64,000 nt of DNA from an uncultured Alphaproteobacteria bacterium. Its GTDB lineage: Bacteria; Pseudomonadota; Alphaproteobacteria; Rhizobiales; Methyloligellaceae. The stretch is from positions 123 through 64,122 of the forward strand of contig CAVVSX010000016.1 in the NCBI GenBank assembly GCA_963750975.1, in the 5' to 3' direction. Under the pieces are notes generated by a model. It was not told where the DNA came from, searched no databases, and saw nothing but the letters and a program-made list of their open reading frames with translations. Made by a program: the position numbers and the translations under genes. Positions 42,477 through 54,851 of the stretch are shown here, in pieces (the first letter of the stretch is position 1; every line of letters starts with the position of its first letter).

Positions 42477-44915
42477 GTGCGAGGAGGGAAGCTGCCGGCA
42501 ACGACCGGCGTAAGGCGAGCGCGTCAGGTGGAGTTGCAGCAGCCAAAAGAACGCGCCAAGCGGCGCAAAGCGCTCGCCGGTGCGGCGGAGCGCGAGCTTG
42601 GCGTCGGCGCCAGGCTCGCTCGCGCTTTAGGCGATCTCCGCGAAAACCGGCTGACCGGCATCGGGCTGCGGCCCGCGCTCGGATTTCTTGCTGCCGCTCT
42701 CATTCTGATCTCGTTTTTCACTCATGGGGACGGCATCGCGCTCCTGCCGCTGCTGATCGGCGTCGGCATCATGGTGGCGCTGATATCGGTGCGGCCGGAC
42801 AAAGGCGGCAACGAACGCCTCGCCGCCTTGGCCAAGCGTCTCGACCAGAGTCTGGAGTTCCTGAAGGACCTGCAATGGGAGGTGCGCGAGCGCGAAGCGC
42901 GCTATCGCGATCTGCTCGATCACCAAGGCGACGTGATCCTCCGCCGCGATCGGGATCGCCGGCTTACCTTCGTCAATGACGCCTTCTGCCGGACTTTCGG
43001 CTTCACCCGCGAGACGGCGCTCGGTCATGCGTTCACCCTTCCCTTGGTGAGCGGCGAGGTGGAGGCGCCGCTGCCAGAAGGCGCGGAGCGGCAAAGCCGC
43101 GTCGTCGAGCTCGCGACCGAAATCGGCCCGCGCTGGTTCGTCTGGGAGGATTTTGCCGCCGCCGATGCGCAAGGGCGCCCCAGCGAAATCCAAAGCGTCG
43201 GCCGCGACATCACCGAGCAGCGCGCGGCCGAGCTTCAGCTGCAAGAGGCGCGCGACCAGGCGATGGAGGCCAGCAAGGCCAAATCGCGCTTCCTCGCCTC
43301 GATGAGCCACGAGATCAGGACGCCGATGAACGGCATTCTCGGCATGACCGGGCTCTTGCTCGACACCGAGCTGTCCGCCGAGCAGCGCACCTATGCGCGC
43401 GCCATCTCGACCTCGGCCAAGACACTGCTTTCGCTGATCGACGAGATTCTCGATTTCTCCAAGATCGAGGCCGGCAAGATCGAGCTTCGGCCCGCGCCGT
43501 TCGATATCGCCGACGCCGCGCAAGGGGTGATTGAGCTTCTGGCGCCGCGCGCCCGCGACAAGGGGCTGGAAATCGGCTGGCTGGCGACCCCCGACCTGCC
43601 GCAGACGGTGATCGGCGATGAGATGCGGGTTCGCCAGATCCTGATGAACCTGATGGGCAACGCCATCAAGTTTACCGAGCGCGGCGGCGTTGCGCTCACG
43701 TTGCAGCCCGCACCCGGCGCGGCGCGTGAGGGCAAATCGCAGCTCATGCTTCGCTTCGCCGTGCGCGACACCGGACCCGGCGTGCGACCCGAGGCGATCG
43801 AACGCATCTTCGCCGAGTTCGAACAGGCCGAGAGCGGGCCGGCGAGACGACATAGCGGGACTGGCCTCGGTCTCACCATCTCCAAACGCCTGGTCGACGA
43901 GATGGGCGGCGGCATCAGCGTAATCAGCGTGCCCGGCACCGGCGCCACCTTCACCGTGGATTTGCCGTTCGCGCTGCCGGCCCGGGTGGCGAGCCTCGGC
44001 GCAACCTGGCCGAGGCCGGAGGACGGAGAGAAGGTGCTGCTGGTGCTGGAAGGCGACGTCGAGGCGAGCCTGGTCTGCGATCAGCTCGTCGCCATGGGAG
44101 CGGCGGTCGCCCGCGTACGGCTGAAAGATGCCGAGCGCATCGCCGCGGAAGCCGAGGTCACCGGCGTTCCCTTCACCGCGCTGCTCACGGATCGGGCCGG
44201 TGTTGCGGCAGGAGCCGGGCGCCTCATCGGTCTGCTGCGCAAGGTAGCCGGCATCGGTCGGCAGCAACGCGTCGCTGTGATCATCGATCCGTCAGAGCGT
44301 GGCGACATCCCCTCCTTCCGCGCCGCCGGCTTTAACGTCTATTTGGTTCGCCCGGTGCGGCCCTTTTCGCTGCTCACCCAGCTGTTCGGCGAACTCGACG
44401 AGGCGCAAGCCAAGGCCACCGATGCGGCGACGTCGGCCCGGCGACGCAGCCGTGCTTCACCCGCGGAGGCGAGCGGCTTGTCCATTCTCCTTGCCGAGGA
44501 CAACGACATCAACGCGCTGCTTGCCTGCACGGTGCTGGAGAAATCCGGCGCGCGCGTCGTGCGCGTGCGCGACGGCGCCCAGGCGATCGCCAAAGCCGGC
44601 GCCGCACTCGGCGAAGCGAACGGCCGCGGCTTCGATCTCATCTTCATGGATATCCACATGCCGGACATGGACGGGATCGAGGCGGCGCGACGCATCAGAG
44701 CGCTTTACCCCGACGATGCGCGCCCGGCTCATGGGCGGCCGCCGATCGTGGCGCTCACGGCCAATGCCTTCGCCGACGATCGCGCCGCCTATCTGGAGGC
44801 CGGTCTCGACGACTATCTGGCGAAGCCGTTCGAGAAGACCGATCTCGGGGCGCTGCTCGCCCGCTGGAAGCGCCCGGCTGCGGCGAAAAAGCCATCCGGA
44901 CGCGGTGCCGCGTAG
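42477..44915 (+). CDS. Membrane-anchored PAS hybrid sensor histidine kinase (HisKA, HATPase, degenerate REC, REC)
   Basis: SHEIRTPMNG, NAIKFT, GTGLGL, LAEDN, FMDIHMP and LAKP motifs. Confidence 0.9.
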   Translation: MRGGKLPATTGVRRARQVELQQPKERAKRRKALAGAAERELGVGARLARALGDLRENRLTGIGLRPALGFLAAALILISFFTHGDGIALLPLLIGVGIMVALISVRPDKGGNERLAALAKRLDQSLEFLKDLQWEVREREARYRDLLDHQGDVILRRDRDRRLTFVNDAFCRTFGFTRETALGHAFTLPLVSGEVEAPLPEGAERQSRVVELATEIGPRWFVWEDFAAADAQGRPSEIQSVGRDITEQRAAELQLQEARDQAMEASKAKSRFLASMSHEIRTPMNGILGMTGLLLDTELSAEQRTYARAISTSAKTLLSLIDEILDFSKIEAGKIELRPAPFDIADAAQGVIELLAPRARDKGLEIGWLATPDLPQTVIGDEMRVRQILMNLMGNAIKFTERGGVALTLQPAPGAAREGKSQLMLRFAVRDTGPGVRPEAIERIFAEFEQAESGPARRHSGTGLGLTISKRLVDEMGGGISVISVPGTGATFTVDLPFALPARVASLGATWPRPEDGEKVLLVLEGDVEASLVCDQLVAMGAAVARVRLKDAERIAAEAEVTGVPFTALLTDRAGVAAGAGRLIGLLRKVAGIGRQQRVAVIIDPSERGDIPSFRAAGFNVYLVRPVRPFSLLTQLFGELDEAQAKATDAATSARRRSRASPAEASGLSILLAEDNDINALLACTVLEKSGARVVRVRDGAQAIAKAGAALGEANGRGFDLIFMDIHMPDMDGIEAARRIRALYPDDARPAHGRPPIVALTANAFADDRAAYLEAGLDDYLAKPFEKTDLGALLARWKRPAAAKKPSGRGAA

Positions 44916-45016
44916 CGGAGAGTAAAGCGCCGACCGCCGCGAGAGTTTGCCCGTCTCGACACCGAACTAACGCGCCGCTCAAACGTTCAAGCGCTCACGA
45001 AGAAGTTGGAGCCGCG

Positions 45017-45568
45017 ATGCTGACCGTCATCAAGAGCAAATTGAAGGACCGCCGCGACAGGCAGGAACTCATCAAGATGCGAGCGATGATGGCGGGCATT
45101 CACAGGATCCTGTTTCCCGAAGACGAGTCGACCGGCACGCTGGTCAGAATGAAAACCGGGCTGCACCTCCAACAGCTCTTGGAAAGTCGTTTTGGGATCA
45201 TGGGCGCGGACTTCCTCGACCCGGTGTTCACGGACGACGATCTTGGGCGCGAGCGGAGGCTCCTCGACAGGCTGCATCCGGACCGCCTTGCCGAACTTGC
45301 CGCCCAGCTTGGCCGCTCGGCCGAAAGGACTTCGCTCGATGAAGGCGACCCAGAAACCTTGAATGACGGCCCGGGGGAATCCACCAAGAATGCCGCAGCG
45401 ATAGTTGCCCTGCGCCTGTTATCGGGCTGGGTCAGATCCAAAGGCATCATTCGGACGAGCACGGACAGAAAAGTCATCGAGGAAGCGCGGGAACGCGAAG
45501 ATCTTTTCTTCAGCCGCATTCAAGGACTGCTGCGCAGCTTTCGTGGTGAAGACGCGGCGGACGTTTGA
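45017..45568 (+). CDS. Hypothetical protein
   Basis: 183-aa ORF with a GGAG RBS; no family recognised. Confidence 0.55.
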   Translation: MLTVIKSKLKDRRDRQELIKMRAMMAGIHRILFPEDESTGTLVRMKTGLHLQQLLESRFGIMGADFLDPVFTDDDLGRERRLLDRLHPDRLAELAAQLGRSAERTSLDEGDPETLNDGPGESTKNAAAIVALRLLSGWVRSKGIIRTSTDRKVIEEAREREDLFFSRIQGLLRSFRGEDAADV

Positions 45569-45903
45569 AGCCAAACGACTGCGCTTCGCCTCTGCACATG
45601 AGTTGGACGAAGCGGGTGCTGCGCTATCGAGCCGCATTGCAAAACTACTTGGCTGGCGAAGGTTGGCACGATTGGTTATCAACAGGCCTTAGCAGTATTC
45701 GCGCGACAGGTTCCCCGCAGAAATTCATGACATTTGTCCGCACGCGGCCACCTTTCATCACTACTGTCATACGGAGTTCGAATTGGTTTGCTAACCGACC
45801 AGTGTTGTGGCCGAATCGGGGTCGCCCGCGGGTTGAGTTGCTTTAGTCGCCCGCGGAGTCCCCGGGGGGCCGCTCCGGCCCAAATCAGTCAATTGGGCCG
45901 ATC

Positions 45904-46899
45904 ATGCCGATGAAGCCGATTGCCGGACGCTTTGCGGGCAGATTTCGCGGTGGCACGATGTTTCCAGGCTTGATGTTCAAACCGGGCCAGGGAGGCGCGC
46001 TGCCCCTGATCGGCCGGCGCCGGTTCGTCGTGGGCGGCTTTGGCAAGCGCTTTCAACCGCCAAAGATCTACGGCCGGCTCGGCAATCTCGAGGTGCGGCT
46101 CGCCCGCAAGAAGAGCGAGATCAGGCGCGCGCAGCGGCTCCGCTACAAAGTGTTCTACGAGGAGATGTCGGCCACGCCCGGCGCGCTCGCCATCCTCTCG
46201 CGGCGCGACGAGGACGAATTCGACCCGATCTTCGACCATTTGCTGGTGGTCGACCGCGGTGACGCCAATGATGGGCGGCGCTGGCGGCGCTCCAAAGTGG
46301 TGGGCACCTATCGCCTGCTGCGCCAGGACGTGGCCGATCACTATGACGGGTTCTACACGCAGGGCGAATACGACATTGCGCCTTTGCTCAGGACCAAGCC
46401 CGATTGCAAGTTCATGGAGCTTGGCCGCTCTTGCGTGCTCAAGCCTTATCGCAACAAGCGTACGCTCGAGCTGCTCTGGCAGGGTGTGTGGACCTACGTG
46501 CGCGAGCATGGCGCCGATGTGATGATCGGCTGCGCCAGCTTCGAGGGAATCGATCCCTCGATCCATGCCGAAGCGCTCAGTTTTCTCCACCATAACGCGC
46601 TCGCGCCCGAGGGTTGGCGCGTCAGGGCGCATGAGCATCTTCGCGTCGACATGAACATGATGCCGCGCGAAGCGATCAATATGCGCGCCGCGCTCAAGGC
46701 GCTGCCGCCGCTGATCAAGGGCTATCTCCGGGTCGGAGCCTATGTCGGCGACGGCGCGGTGATCGATCACCAGTTCGGCACGACCGACGTGTTCATCATC
46801 ATGCCGGTCCAGGACATCAAGTCGCGCTACTTCGCCCATTTCGGGGCTCCGGACGAGTTCACCGCCCCGCTCCAGCCCGAGTACGCGCCGCTCAACTAG
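45904..46899 (+). CDS. olsB: L-ornithine N-alpha-acyltransferase (ornithine lipid synthesis)
   Basis: AQRLRYKVFYEE, VVGTYRLL, ELGRSCV and PPLIKGYLRVGA motifs. Confidence 0.85.
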   Translation: MPMKPIAGRFAGRFRGGTMFPGLMFKPGQGGALPLIGRRRFVVGGFGKRFQPPKIYGRLGNLEVRLARKKSEIRRAQRLRYKVFYEEMSATPGALAILSRRDEDEFDPIFDHLLVVDRGDANDGRRWRRSKVVGTYRLLRQDVADHYDGFYTQGEYDIAPLLRTKPDCKFMELGRSCVLKPYRNKRTLELLWQGVWTYVREHGADVMIGCASFEGIDPSIHAEALSFLHHNALAPEGWRVRAHEHLRVDMNMMPREAINMRAALKALPPLIKGYLRVGAYVGDGAVIDHQFGTTDVFIIMPVQDIKSRYFAHFGAPDEFTAPLQPEYAPLN

Positions 46900-46920
46900 C
46901 CCTCATGCGTCCGCATGCGG

Positions 46921-46949
46921 TTTGACGTGGCCTTAGGGCGCTCCTAAGT
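46921..46949 (+). promoter_or_regulatory. Possible RpoH-type promoter of hrcA
   Basis: TTTGAC-N16-CCTAAGT. Confidence 0.4.
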
Positions 46950-46959
46950 TCGCCTTACC

Positions 46960-48054
46960 ATGCGTCATACCGACCCCAATGAAGCCCGCGCGGCGGCCGA
47001 GGCCGCGATCGGACTGCGCCAGCTCAACGAGCGCTCGCGCGAGATTTTCAAGCGCATCGTCGAGAGCTATCTCGCCACCGGCGAGCCGGTGGGCTCGCGC
47101 AACTTGAGCCGCGCCTTACCGATGACGCTATCGCCGGCCTCGGTGCGCAACGTCATGTCGGATCTGGAAAACCTCGGCCTGATCTATGCGCCGCATACCA
47201 GTGCGGGGCGGCTGCCGACGCAGACCGGCTTGCGCCTGTTCGTCGACGGCTTGCTCGAGGTCGGCGACATCAGCGGCGAGGAGCGGAGCCAAATCGAGAG
47301 CCGCTTCGCCGGGGCCGGGCGGCGCCGCGCCATCGAGGATCTGCTGGGCGACGCCGGCGAGATGCTGTCGGGACTGTCGCGTTGCGCCGGCGTGGTGCTG
47401 GTCGAAAAGCAGAGCAAGCGGCTGAAGCAGGTCGAGTTCGTCAATCTCGGACCGGGCCGGGCGCTCGCGGTGCTGGTCGGCGAGGACGGCGACGTCGAGA
47501 ACCGCATCGTCACGCTTCCCGAAGGCCTGCCGCTTGCCTCGCTGCAAGAGGCTTCGAACTACATCAATGCCCGCATCGGCGGTCTCACCCTGGCCGAGGC
47601 GCGGTTGCGCATCGAGACGGAGATTGAGGCACGGCGGGCACAGCTCGATGCGCTGACCGCGCGCGTCGTCACCGAGGGCTTCGCCACCTGGTCCGGCGAC
47701 GGCGACGACCGCAAGAGCCTGATCGTCTGCGGCCGCGCGCATCTGCTCGAGGACGTGCGCGCCATGGAGGATCTCGAGCGGGTGCGGCTCTTGTTCGAGG
47801 ATCTCGACACCAAGACCGATCTGATTCAGCTCCTGGGCTTGGCCGAACGCGCCGACGGGGTGCGCATCTTCATCGGCTCGGAGAACAAGCTGTTCTCGCT
47901 GTCGGGCTCGGCCCTGATCGTCTCGCCGTTCGAGGATAGCGAGCAGAAAATCGTTGGTGTGCTTGGGGTGATCGGCCCGACGCGCCTCAATTACGCGCGC
48001 ATCATCCCCATGGTCGATTACACGGCACGGCTGCTCGGGCGTCTCGTCCCTTGA
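46960..48054 (+). CDS. hrcA: Heat-inducible transcription repressor
   Basis: [24 protein letters not shown] and [10 protein letters not shown] motifs. Confidence 0.96.
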   Translation: MRHTDPNEARAAAEAAIGLRQLNERSREIFKRIVESYLATGEPVGSRNLSRALPMTLSPASVRNVMSDLENLGLIYAPHTSAGRLPTQTGLRLFVDGLLEVGDISGEERSQIESRFAGAGRRRAIEDLLGDAGEMLSGLSRCAGVVLVEKQSKRLKQVEFVNLGPGRALAVLVGEDGDVENRIVTLPEGLPLASLQEASNYINARIGGLTLAEARLRIETEIEARRAQLDALTARVVTEGFATWSGDGDDRKSLIVCGRAHLLEDVRAMEDLERVRLLFEDLDTKTDLIQLLGLAERADGVRIFIGSENKLFSLSGSALIVSPFEDSEQKIVGVLGVIGPTRLNYARIIPMVDYTARLLGRLVP

Positions 48055-48078
48055 TTTTTTTCGGCTTACGGTCGATAT
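48050..48078 (+). promoter_or_regulatory. RpoH-type promoter of grpE
   Basis: CTTGAT-N16-TCGATAT. Confidence 0.5.
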
Positions 48079-48120
48079 CCCCGGTTACTTCCCCCTCGCA
48101 ACGCTTCGCCGAGGCTGCCC

Positions 48121-48783
48121 ATGCCCGACGACAAGACCGATCCGACCGAGATTAACGAGGATCAGGCAAAACCTGCCGATTCCCTCAAGGCCGAGGCCGC
48201 TGACGCCGATCCAGCCCGTACGCTCGGCTCCGATCTCGACGCGCTGTTGGTCGAGAATACCGAGATGCGCGACCGGTTGCTGCGCACGCTCGCCGACATG
48301 GAGAATCTGCGCCGCCGCACCGAGCGGGAGAAGGCCGACACGGCGCGCTACGCCATCACCAATTTCGCGCGCGACATGCTGACCGTCGGCGACAATCTCA
48401 AGCGCACGATGGATCACGTCCCGACCGAAGCCGCGGCGGATGACCCTGCGCTGAAGACCTTCCTCGAAGGTGTCGAATTGACCGAGCGCGAGCTGTTGAA
48501 CGTGCTGGAGCGCCACGGCGTCACCCGCATCGAGCCGCTAGGTCAGCGTTTCGATCCGAACTTTCAGCAAGCCATGTTCGAGGTGCCGAACCCCGACGTG
48601 GCCGAAGGCACGGTGGTCGACGTCATGCAGGCCGGCTACGCCATCGGCGACCGCTGTCTCAGGCCGGCGCTAGTTGCCATCGCCAAAGGCGGGGCCAAGC
48701 AAGCCAAGGCGCAGGGCGACGGTGAGGCGGCGCGCAAAGCCGCCAATGACGATTTCCCTGAAGGCGGATGGCCGAGCGACTGA
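48121..48783 (+). CDS. grpE: Nucleotide exchange factor GrpE
   Basis: [14 protein letters not shown] and GY.IGDR.LRPA motifs. Confidence 0.95.
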   Translation: MPDDKTDPTEINEDQAKPADSLKAEAADADPARTLGSDLDALLVENTEMRDRLLRTLADMENLRRRTEREKADTARYAITNFARDMLTVGDNLKRTMDHVPTEAAADDPALKTFLEGVELTERELLNVLERHGVTRIEPLGQRFDPNFQQAMFEVPNPDVAEGTVVDVMQAGYAIGDRCLRPALVAIAKGGAKQAKAQGDGEAARKAANDDFPEGGWPSD

Positions 48784-48784
48784 G

Positions 48785-49423
48785 CTAGCTTCGCTTGGTG
48801 ACGCGCCGCAGCGTGAGATTGAACCTGCCGCCTTCGGCGAGAAGGTCTGACGTGCCGCTCAAGATGCGGTCGATGCCGTGATAAGCGAGCCGGTCATCGC
48901 CACCTAACACCACGACATCGCCCGATCTGAGCTCGAACTTTTGCGTCGGGTCTTTGCGCGATCGCCCGCCGACGCGAAAGATCCCGGTATCGCCCAGCGA
49001 CACGGAGAAAACCGGCGCTGAAAAATCCCCCTCGTCTCTGTCCTGATGCAGACCCATTTTGGCGTCGTCGGCATAGTAATTGACCAGGCATGCTTCCGGC
49101 GGCGCGGGATATCGCGCCATCTCCTTCCACAAATCGAGCAGCATGGGCGGGATCGGCGGCCACGACTTCCCAGTCTGCGGGTGGGTCGCCTGATAGCGAT
49201 AGCCGCGATCCTTGTCGGTGACCCAGCCCAGAGGCCCGCAATTGGTCATGCGCACGGACATCGGCTTCCCCGAATGCGGCATGGTCGGGGTGAATAGCGG
49301 CGCCTCGGCAATGACCCGCCGGAGTTCCGCCAAAAGCGTGGCTTGAGCGGCGGAATCCAGCGCTTGCGGAAAATAATTCATGCCACCTTTGTTCCAACCC
49401 AAGGCTAGCTTAGTTTCTGCCAT
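48785..49423 (-). CDS. alkB: Alpha-ketoglutarate-dependent dioxygenase AlkB
   Basis: MSVRMTNCG.LGWV, GLHQD, HG and RFNLTLR motifs. Confidence 0.9.
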   Translation of the reverse strand: MAETKLALGWNKGGMNYFPQALDSAAQATLLAELRRVIAEAPLFTPTMPHSGKPMSVRMTNCGPLGWVTDKDRGYRYQATHPQTGKSWPPIPPMLLDLWKEMARYPAPPEACLVNYYADDAKMGLHQDRDEGDFSAPVFSVSLGDTGIFRVGGRSRKDPTQKFELRSGDVVVLGGDDRLAYHGIDRILSGTSDLLAEGGRFNLTLRRVTKRS

Positions 49424-49454
49424 ATAGCGCGGCGGCGAATGAGGAGACAGCCAG

Positions 49455-50288
49455 GTGGCGGCAAAGGCGCAAGAAGCCAATCCCGACGGTTATGTGCATG
49501 CCCGTGACGTGAACGAGTATCAGCGGCTGCGCGATCAGGCGGAGTTATGGCGACGCGCGACCGAGGAGGTGCTCGACCGGGTCGGACTCGCGGCGGGCAT
49601 GAGCTGCCTGGACGTCGGCGCGGGCCCAGGCTCGGTGATGCGGCTGATGGCCGACCGCGTGGGACCGCAAGGCCGCGTCACCGGCATCGACATCGACCGC
49701 CAGCTCGGGGCCCAAGCGCTTGCCGACCTCCGCGCGCAAGGGGGCGCTCAATTCGACATGATCGAAGCCAATGTGCTCGAGCTCGACACCGCGCCGGGCG
49801 CGCCCTTCGATCTCACCTTCTGCCGCCTGTTCCTCATGCATATGCAGGACCCGGTGGCGGCGCTGGAGAAGATGTCATTCTGGACCAAGCGGGGCGGGGT
49901 GCTGGTGGCGCAGGAGTTCGATTTCGGCGCCATCGCGGTCGAGCCGTTATGCCCCGCCATGGCCGAGTTCAATCGCCTGTTCGAGGGGGTGTTCAGAGGG
50001 CATGGCCGCAACTTGCGGGCAGGGCGCCAACTGCCCGCGCAATTCGAGGCGGCGGGCCTCGGTGTCCCCGACGGCACCCTGGCGGAGGTGAAATACCTGC
50101 CGCTCAAGGCCATGGCGACAATGTTGATCGGCGTTTACCAAGGACTGTTCGCCTCGGCCGCTGAATTGGGCATCGCCGACCCGGTCCGCGCCGAGCAGTT
50201 CAAGGCCGACATGGCCGAGGCCGGCGCGGATGGGCGCTATTACTGCCTCACCCCTATTCTCATCGCCGCCTGGAAGCGCCTGGCGTGA
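49455..50288 (+). CDS. Class I SAM-dependent methyltransferase
   Basis: CLDVGAGPG, VTGID and FDL..CR motifs; GAGGAG RBS before GTG. Confidence 0.85.
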   Translation: MAAKAQEANPDGYVHARDVNEYQRLRDQAELWRRATEEVLDRVGLAAGMSCLDVGAGPGSVMRLMADRVGPQGRVTGIDIDRQLGAQALADLRAQGGAQFDMIEANVLELDTAPGAPFDLTFCRLFLMHMQDPVAALEKMSFWTKRGGVLVAQEFDFGAIAVEPLCPAMAEFNRLFEGVFRGHGRNLRAGRQLPAQFEAAGLGVPDGTLAEVKYLPLKAMATMLIGVYQGLFASAAELGIADPVRAEQFKADMAEAGADGRYYCLTPILIAAWKRLA

Positions 50289-50326
50289 CACCCCTGTCCC
50301 CGACACGACTGTCATACCCGCTTCTC

Positions 50327-50355
50327 CTTGCGGGCCATAGGGTTGCCTCCTATAT
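50327..50355 (+). promoter_or_regulatory. RpoH (sigma32) promoter of dnaKJ
   Basis: CTTGCG-N16-CCTATAT versus alphaproteobacterial consensus CTTGAA-N16-CCTATAT. Confidence 0.7.
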
Positions 50356-50481
50356 AACCGCGGAACCCCGCCGGATGAGTCGGCGGGCTCGCCGCATGTG
50401 GGGACCGACGTCACGCCTCGCGCTGCAATGCCGGGTGCCGCTCAAGGGCCCGGGACGGTCTGCCAGAAAGAGAGGTCTGTA

Positions 50482-52401
<1,920 letters not shown>

Positions 52402-52419
52402 TAAAGCGTGCATGGCCTT

Positions 52420-52444
52420 GGCGCCGGGTGGTGAACCCGGCGCC
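52420..52444 (+). terminator. GC hairpin between dnaK and dnaJ (attenuating or stabilising stem-loop)
   Basis: GGCGCCGGGT-ggtga-ACCCGGCGCC with no U tract. Confidence 0.45.
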
Positions 52445-52505
52445 GGCCCAACACAAGAGGCTTAAGCGCCGCCACGCGACGGCGGTGTAAAGGGCCGGAG
52501 GGTCG

Positions 52506-53648
52506 ATGGCAAAGCGCTGCTACTACGAGGTACTTGGCGTAAATCGCGGCTCGCGTGACAGCGAGATCAAGGCCGCGTTTCGCCGGCTCGCCAAAGAATG
52601 CCATCCCGACAGCTGCAACGGCGATCCGAACGCCGAGAAGCGTTTCAAGGAACTCAACGAAGCTTACGAGGCGCTGAAAGACCCGCAGCGCCGCGCGGCC
52701 TATGATCGCTTTGGCCATGCGGCGTTCGATCCGGCGCTCGGTGGCGGGGCTGGCGGCGCGGGCTTCGGCGCCGATTTCTCGGCCTCGATGTCGGCGATGT
52801 TCGACGATCTGTTCGGCGAGTTCATGGGCCAGCGCCGCCCGCGCCAGCGCTCGGCGCGCGAGCGGGGCTCCGATCTTCGCTACAACATGGAGATCACGCT
52901 GTCCGAAGCCTATGAGGGCAAGACGGCGCAAATCCGCGTGCCGACATCCGTCGTATGCGAAAGCTGCTCGGGCAGCGGCGCCAAGGCCGGCACGACACCC
53001 ACGTCATGCCGCACCTGCGGCGGTATCGGCAAGGTGAGGGCGACCCAGGGCTTCTTCACCATCGAGCGTACCTGTCCCGCTTGCCAAGGACGCGGCGAAA
53101 CCATCGAAACACCGTGCCCCTCCTGCAACGGCGCGGGCCGGGTAACACGCGAGCGCACGCTGTCGGTGACGATCCCGATCGGCGTCGAGGACGGCACGCG
53201 CATCAGGCTCGCCGGCGAAGGCGAAGCGGGGTTGCGCGGCGGGCCGCCCGGCGACCTTTACATCTTCCTGTCGATCAAGCCGCACGAGTTCTTCCAGCGC
53301 GACGGCGCCGATTTGTTTTGCCGCGTGCCGATCGTGATGACCACCGCCGCGCTCGGCGGCCAGATCGAGGTGCCGACCATCGATGGCGGCAGGACGCGAG
53401 TGAAAATCCCGGAGGGCACCGAGAGCGGGAAGCAATTCCGCCTCAAAGCCAAGGGCATGCCGGTGCTGCGCTCCAAGCAGCAGGGCGACCTCTACATCCA
53501 GGTCGAGGTCGAGACGCCGAAGAATCTGTCGCGCAAGCAGCGCGAGCTGCTCAAGGCCTTCGAGGACGCCTCGAATCCGAGCACGAGCCCGGCATCGACC
53601 GGCTTCTTCGCCCGGGTCAAGGAATTCTTCGAAGGCATCGGCGAGTAG
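52506..53648 (+). CDS. dnaJ: Chaperone DnaJ
   Basis: HPD motif, G/F region and four CxxCxGxG repeats. Confidence 0.98.
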   Translation: MAKRCYYEVLGVNRGSRDSEIKAAFRRLAKECHPDSCNGDPNAEKRFKELNEAYEALKDPQRRAAYDRFGHAAFDPALGGGAGGAGFGADFSASMSAMFDDLFGEFMGQRRPRQRSARERGSDLRYNMEITLSEAYEGKTAQIRVPTSVVCESCSGSGAKAGTTPTSCRTCGGIGKVRATQGFFTIERTCPACQGRGETIETPCPSCNGAGRVTRERTLSVTIPIGVEDGTRIRLAGEGEAGLRGGPPGDLYIFLSIKPHEFFQRDGADLFCRVPIVMTTAALGGQIEVPTIDGGRTRVKIPEGTESGKQFRLKAKGMPVLRSKQQGDLYIQVEVETPKNLSRKQRELLKAFEDASNPSTSPASTGFFARVKEFFEGIGE

Positions 53649-53738
53649 CTTCTACCCTGACGCATGGCGTTTGCCGTAGAGTAGGGCACGCCTTATGCGC
53701 GTCCTCTCCTCGACGCGCGCCCATCGAGCGAGAGTGTC

Positions 53739-54836
53739 ATGCCAGCCGAGCCGGCTTTGCGCCGAACACCTAAAAACAGCGCGAAGGAGACTCCCGTGGT
53801 CCGCTCGCGCGACATGGCGACGGCCGCGAAAATGACGGCAGCCGTGTTGGGCGTGCTGGCTCTCGCTATCGGTCTTTGGTACGCGCGCACCGCGATGCTG
53901 TTGGCCTTCGCCGGAATCCTGCTGGCCATCGTGCTCTACGGCGCCAGCCGAGCGCTGGCCGAGCTCACCAACCTGCCGCGCCTGCTCATGCTCGCGGCCG
54001 TGGTTTTACTGGTCGGCCTGTTCTTCGCCGTGGTGTTCACGACGGCCGGACCGACGCTCGCCCAGCAAATCGCCCAGCTTGCCCGTAGCATCGCCGCCGG
54101 TGCCACAACCCTCACCAAGGAGCTCGCAGCCTTCGCCGATCAGGCCAATCTTTTGCAAAATGTCGATCTGGTTCAATTGCTGAGCGGGTTCCTGAGCCCG
54201 TGGGGCATCGCCACCGGCGCCACATCCGTCGCTCTGTCCATTGTCGGTCTGTTCAGCGCGGGGCTGATCGTGCTCTTCTTCGGCATCTATTTCGCCGCCG
54301 ATCCGCAGACCTATGTGCAGCTGGTGGCGCGGCTCGCGCCCGAGAAACAGCGGGCCGCCACGGTCGAGATGACGTACGAGACCGGCGACCTGTTGCGGCG
54401 CTGGCTGATCGGTCAGGGCATCTCCATGGCGCTGATCGGCAGCTTCACCTATGTCGGCCTTCTGATCCTCGGCGTGCCGATCGCCTTCGTGCTGGCGTTG
54501 TTCGCGGGGCTTGCCGGCTTCCTGCCCTATCTCGGGCCGATCATCGGCGCGATCCCGATGGTGCTGGTGGCCGGAGGCGAGAGTTTTCATCTCGCGCTGA
54601 TGGTGGTCGGGCTCTACGCGCTGATCCAATTCCTCGAGAGCTATCTGCTGACCCCGCTGATCCAGGCGCGCGCGGTGTCGATGCCGCCGGCGGTGGTGAT
54701 CCTGAGCCAGCTCGTGCTCGGCGCGATCTTCGGACTGCTTGGTCTTGCGCTCGCCACGCCGCTGGTCGCCGCGGCAACCGTTCCCTTGCGCTTTCTGTTC
54801 GGGATCGGCGGCAAGGACAAGCCAGCGGCCAGCTAA
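53739..54836 (+). CDS. AI-2E family transporter
   Basis: FLPYLGP, ESYLLTP and GLLGLALATPL motifs. Confidence 0.85.
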   Translation: MPAEPALRRTPKNSAKETPVVRSRDMATAAKMTAAVLGVLALAIGLWYARTAMLLAFAGILLAIVLYGASRALAELTNLPRLLMLAAVVLLVGLFFAVVFTTAGPTLAQQIAQLARSIAAGATTLTKELAAFADQANLLQNVDLVQLLSGFLSPWGIATGATSVALSIVGLFSAGLIVLFFGIYFAADPQTYVQLVARLAPEKQRAATVEMTYETGDLLRRWLIGQGISMALIGSFTYVGLLILGVPIAFVLALFAGLAGFLPYLGPIIGAIPMVLVAGGESFHLALMVVGLYALIQFLESYLLTPLIQARAVSMPPAVVILSQLVLGAIFGLLGLALATPLVAAATVPLRFLFGIGGKDKPAAS

Positions 54837-54851
54837 CCAGAAGGAAACGCA

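Noticed and set aside
46900-50480. CIRCE element near hrcA, grpE or dnaK
   Set aside because: No match seen by eye; RpoH-type promoters explain the regulation
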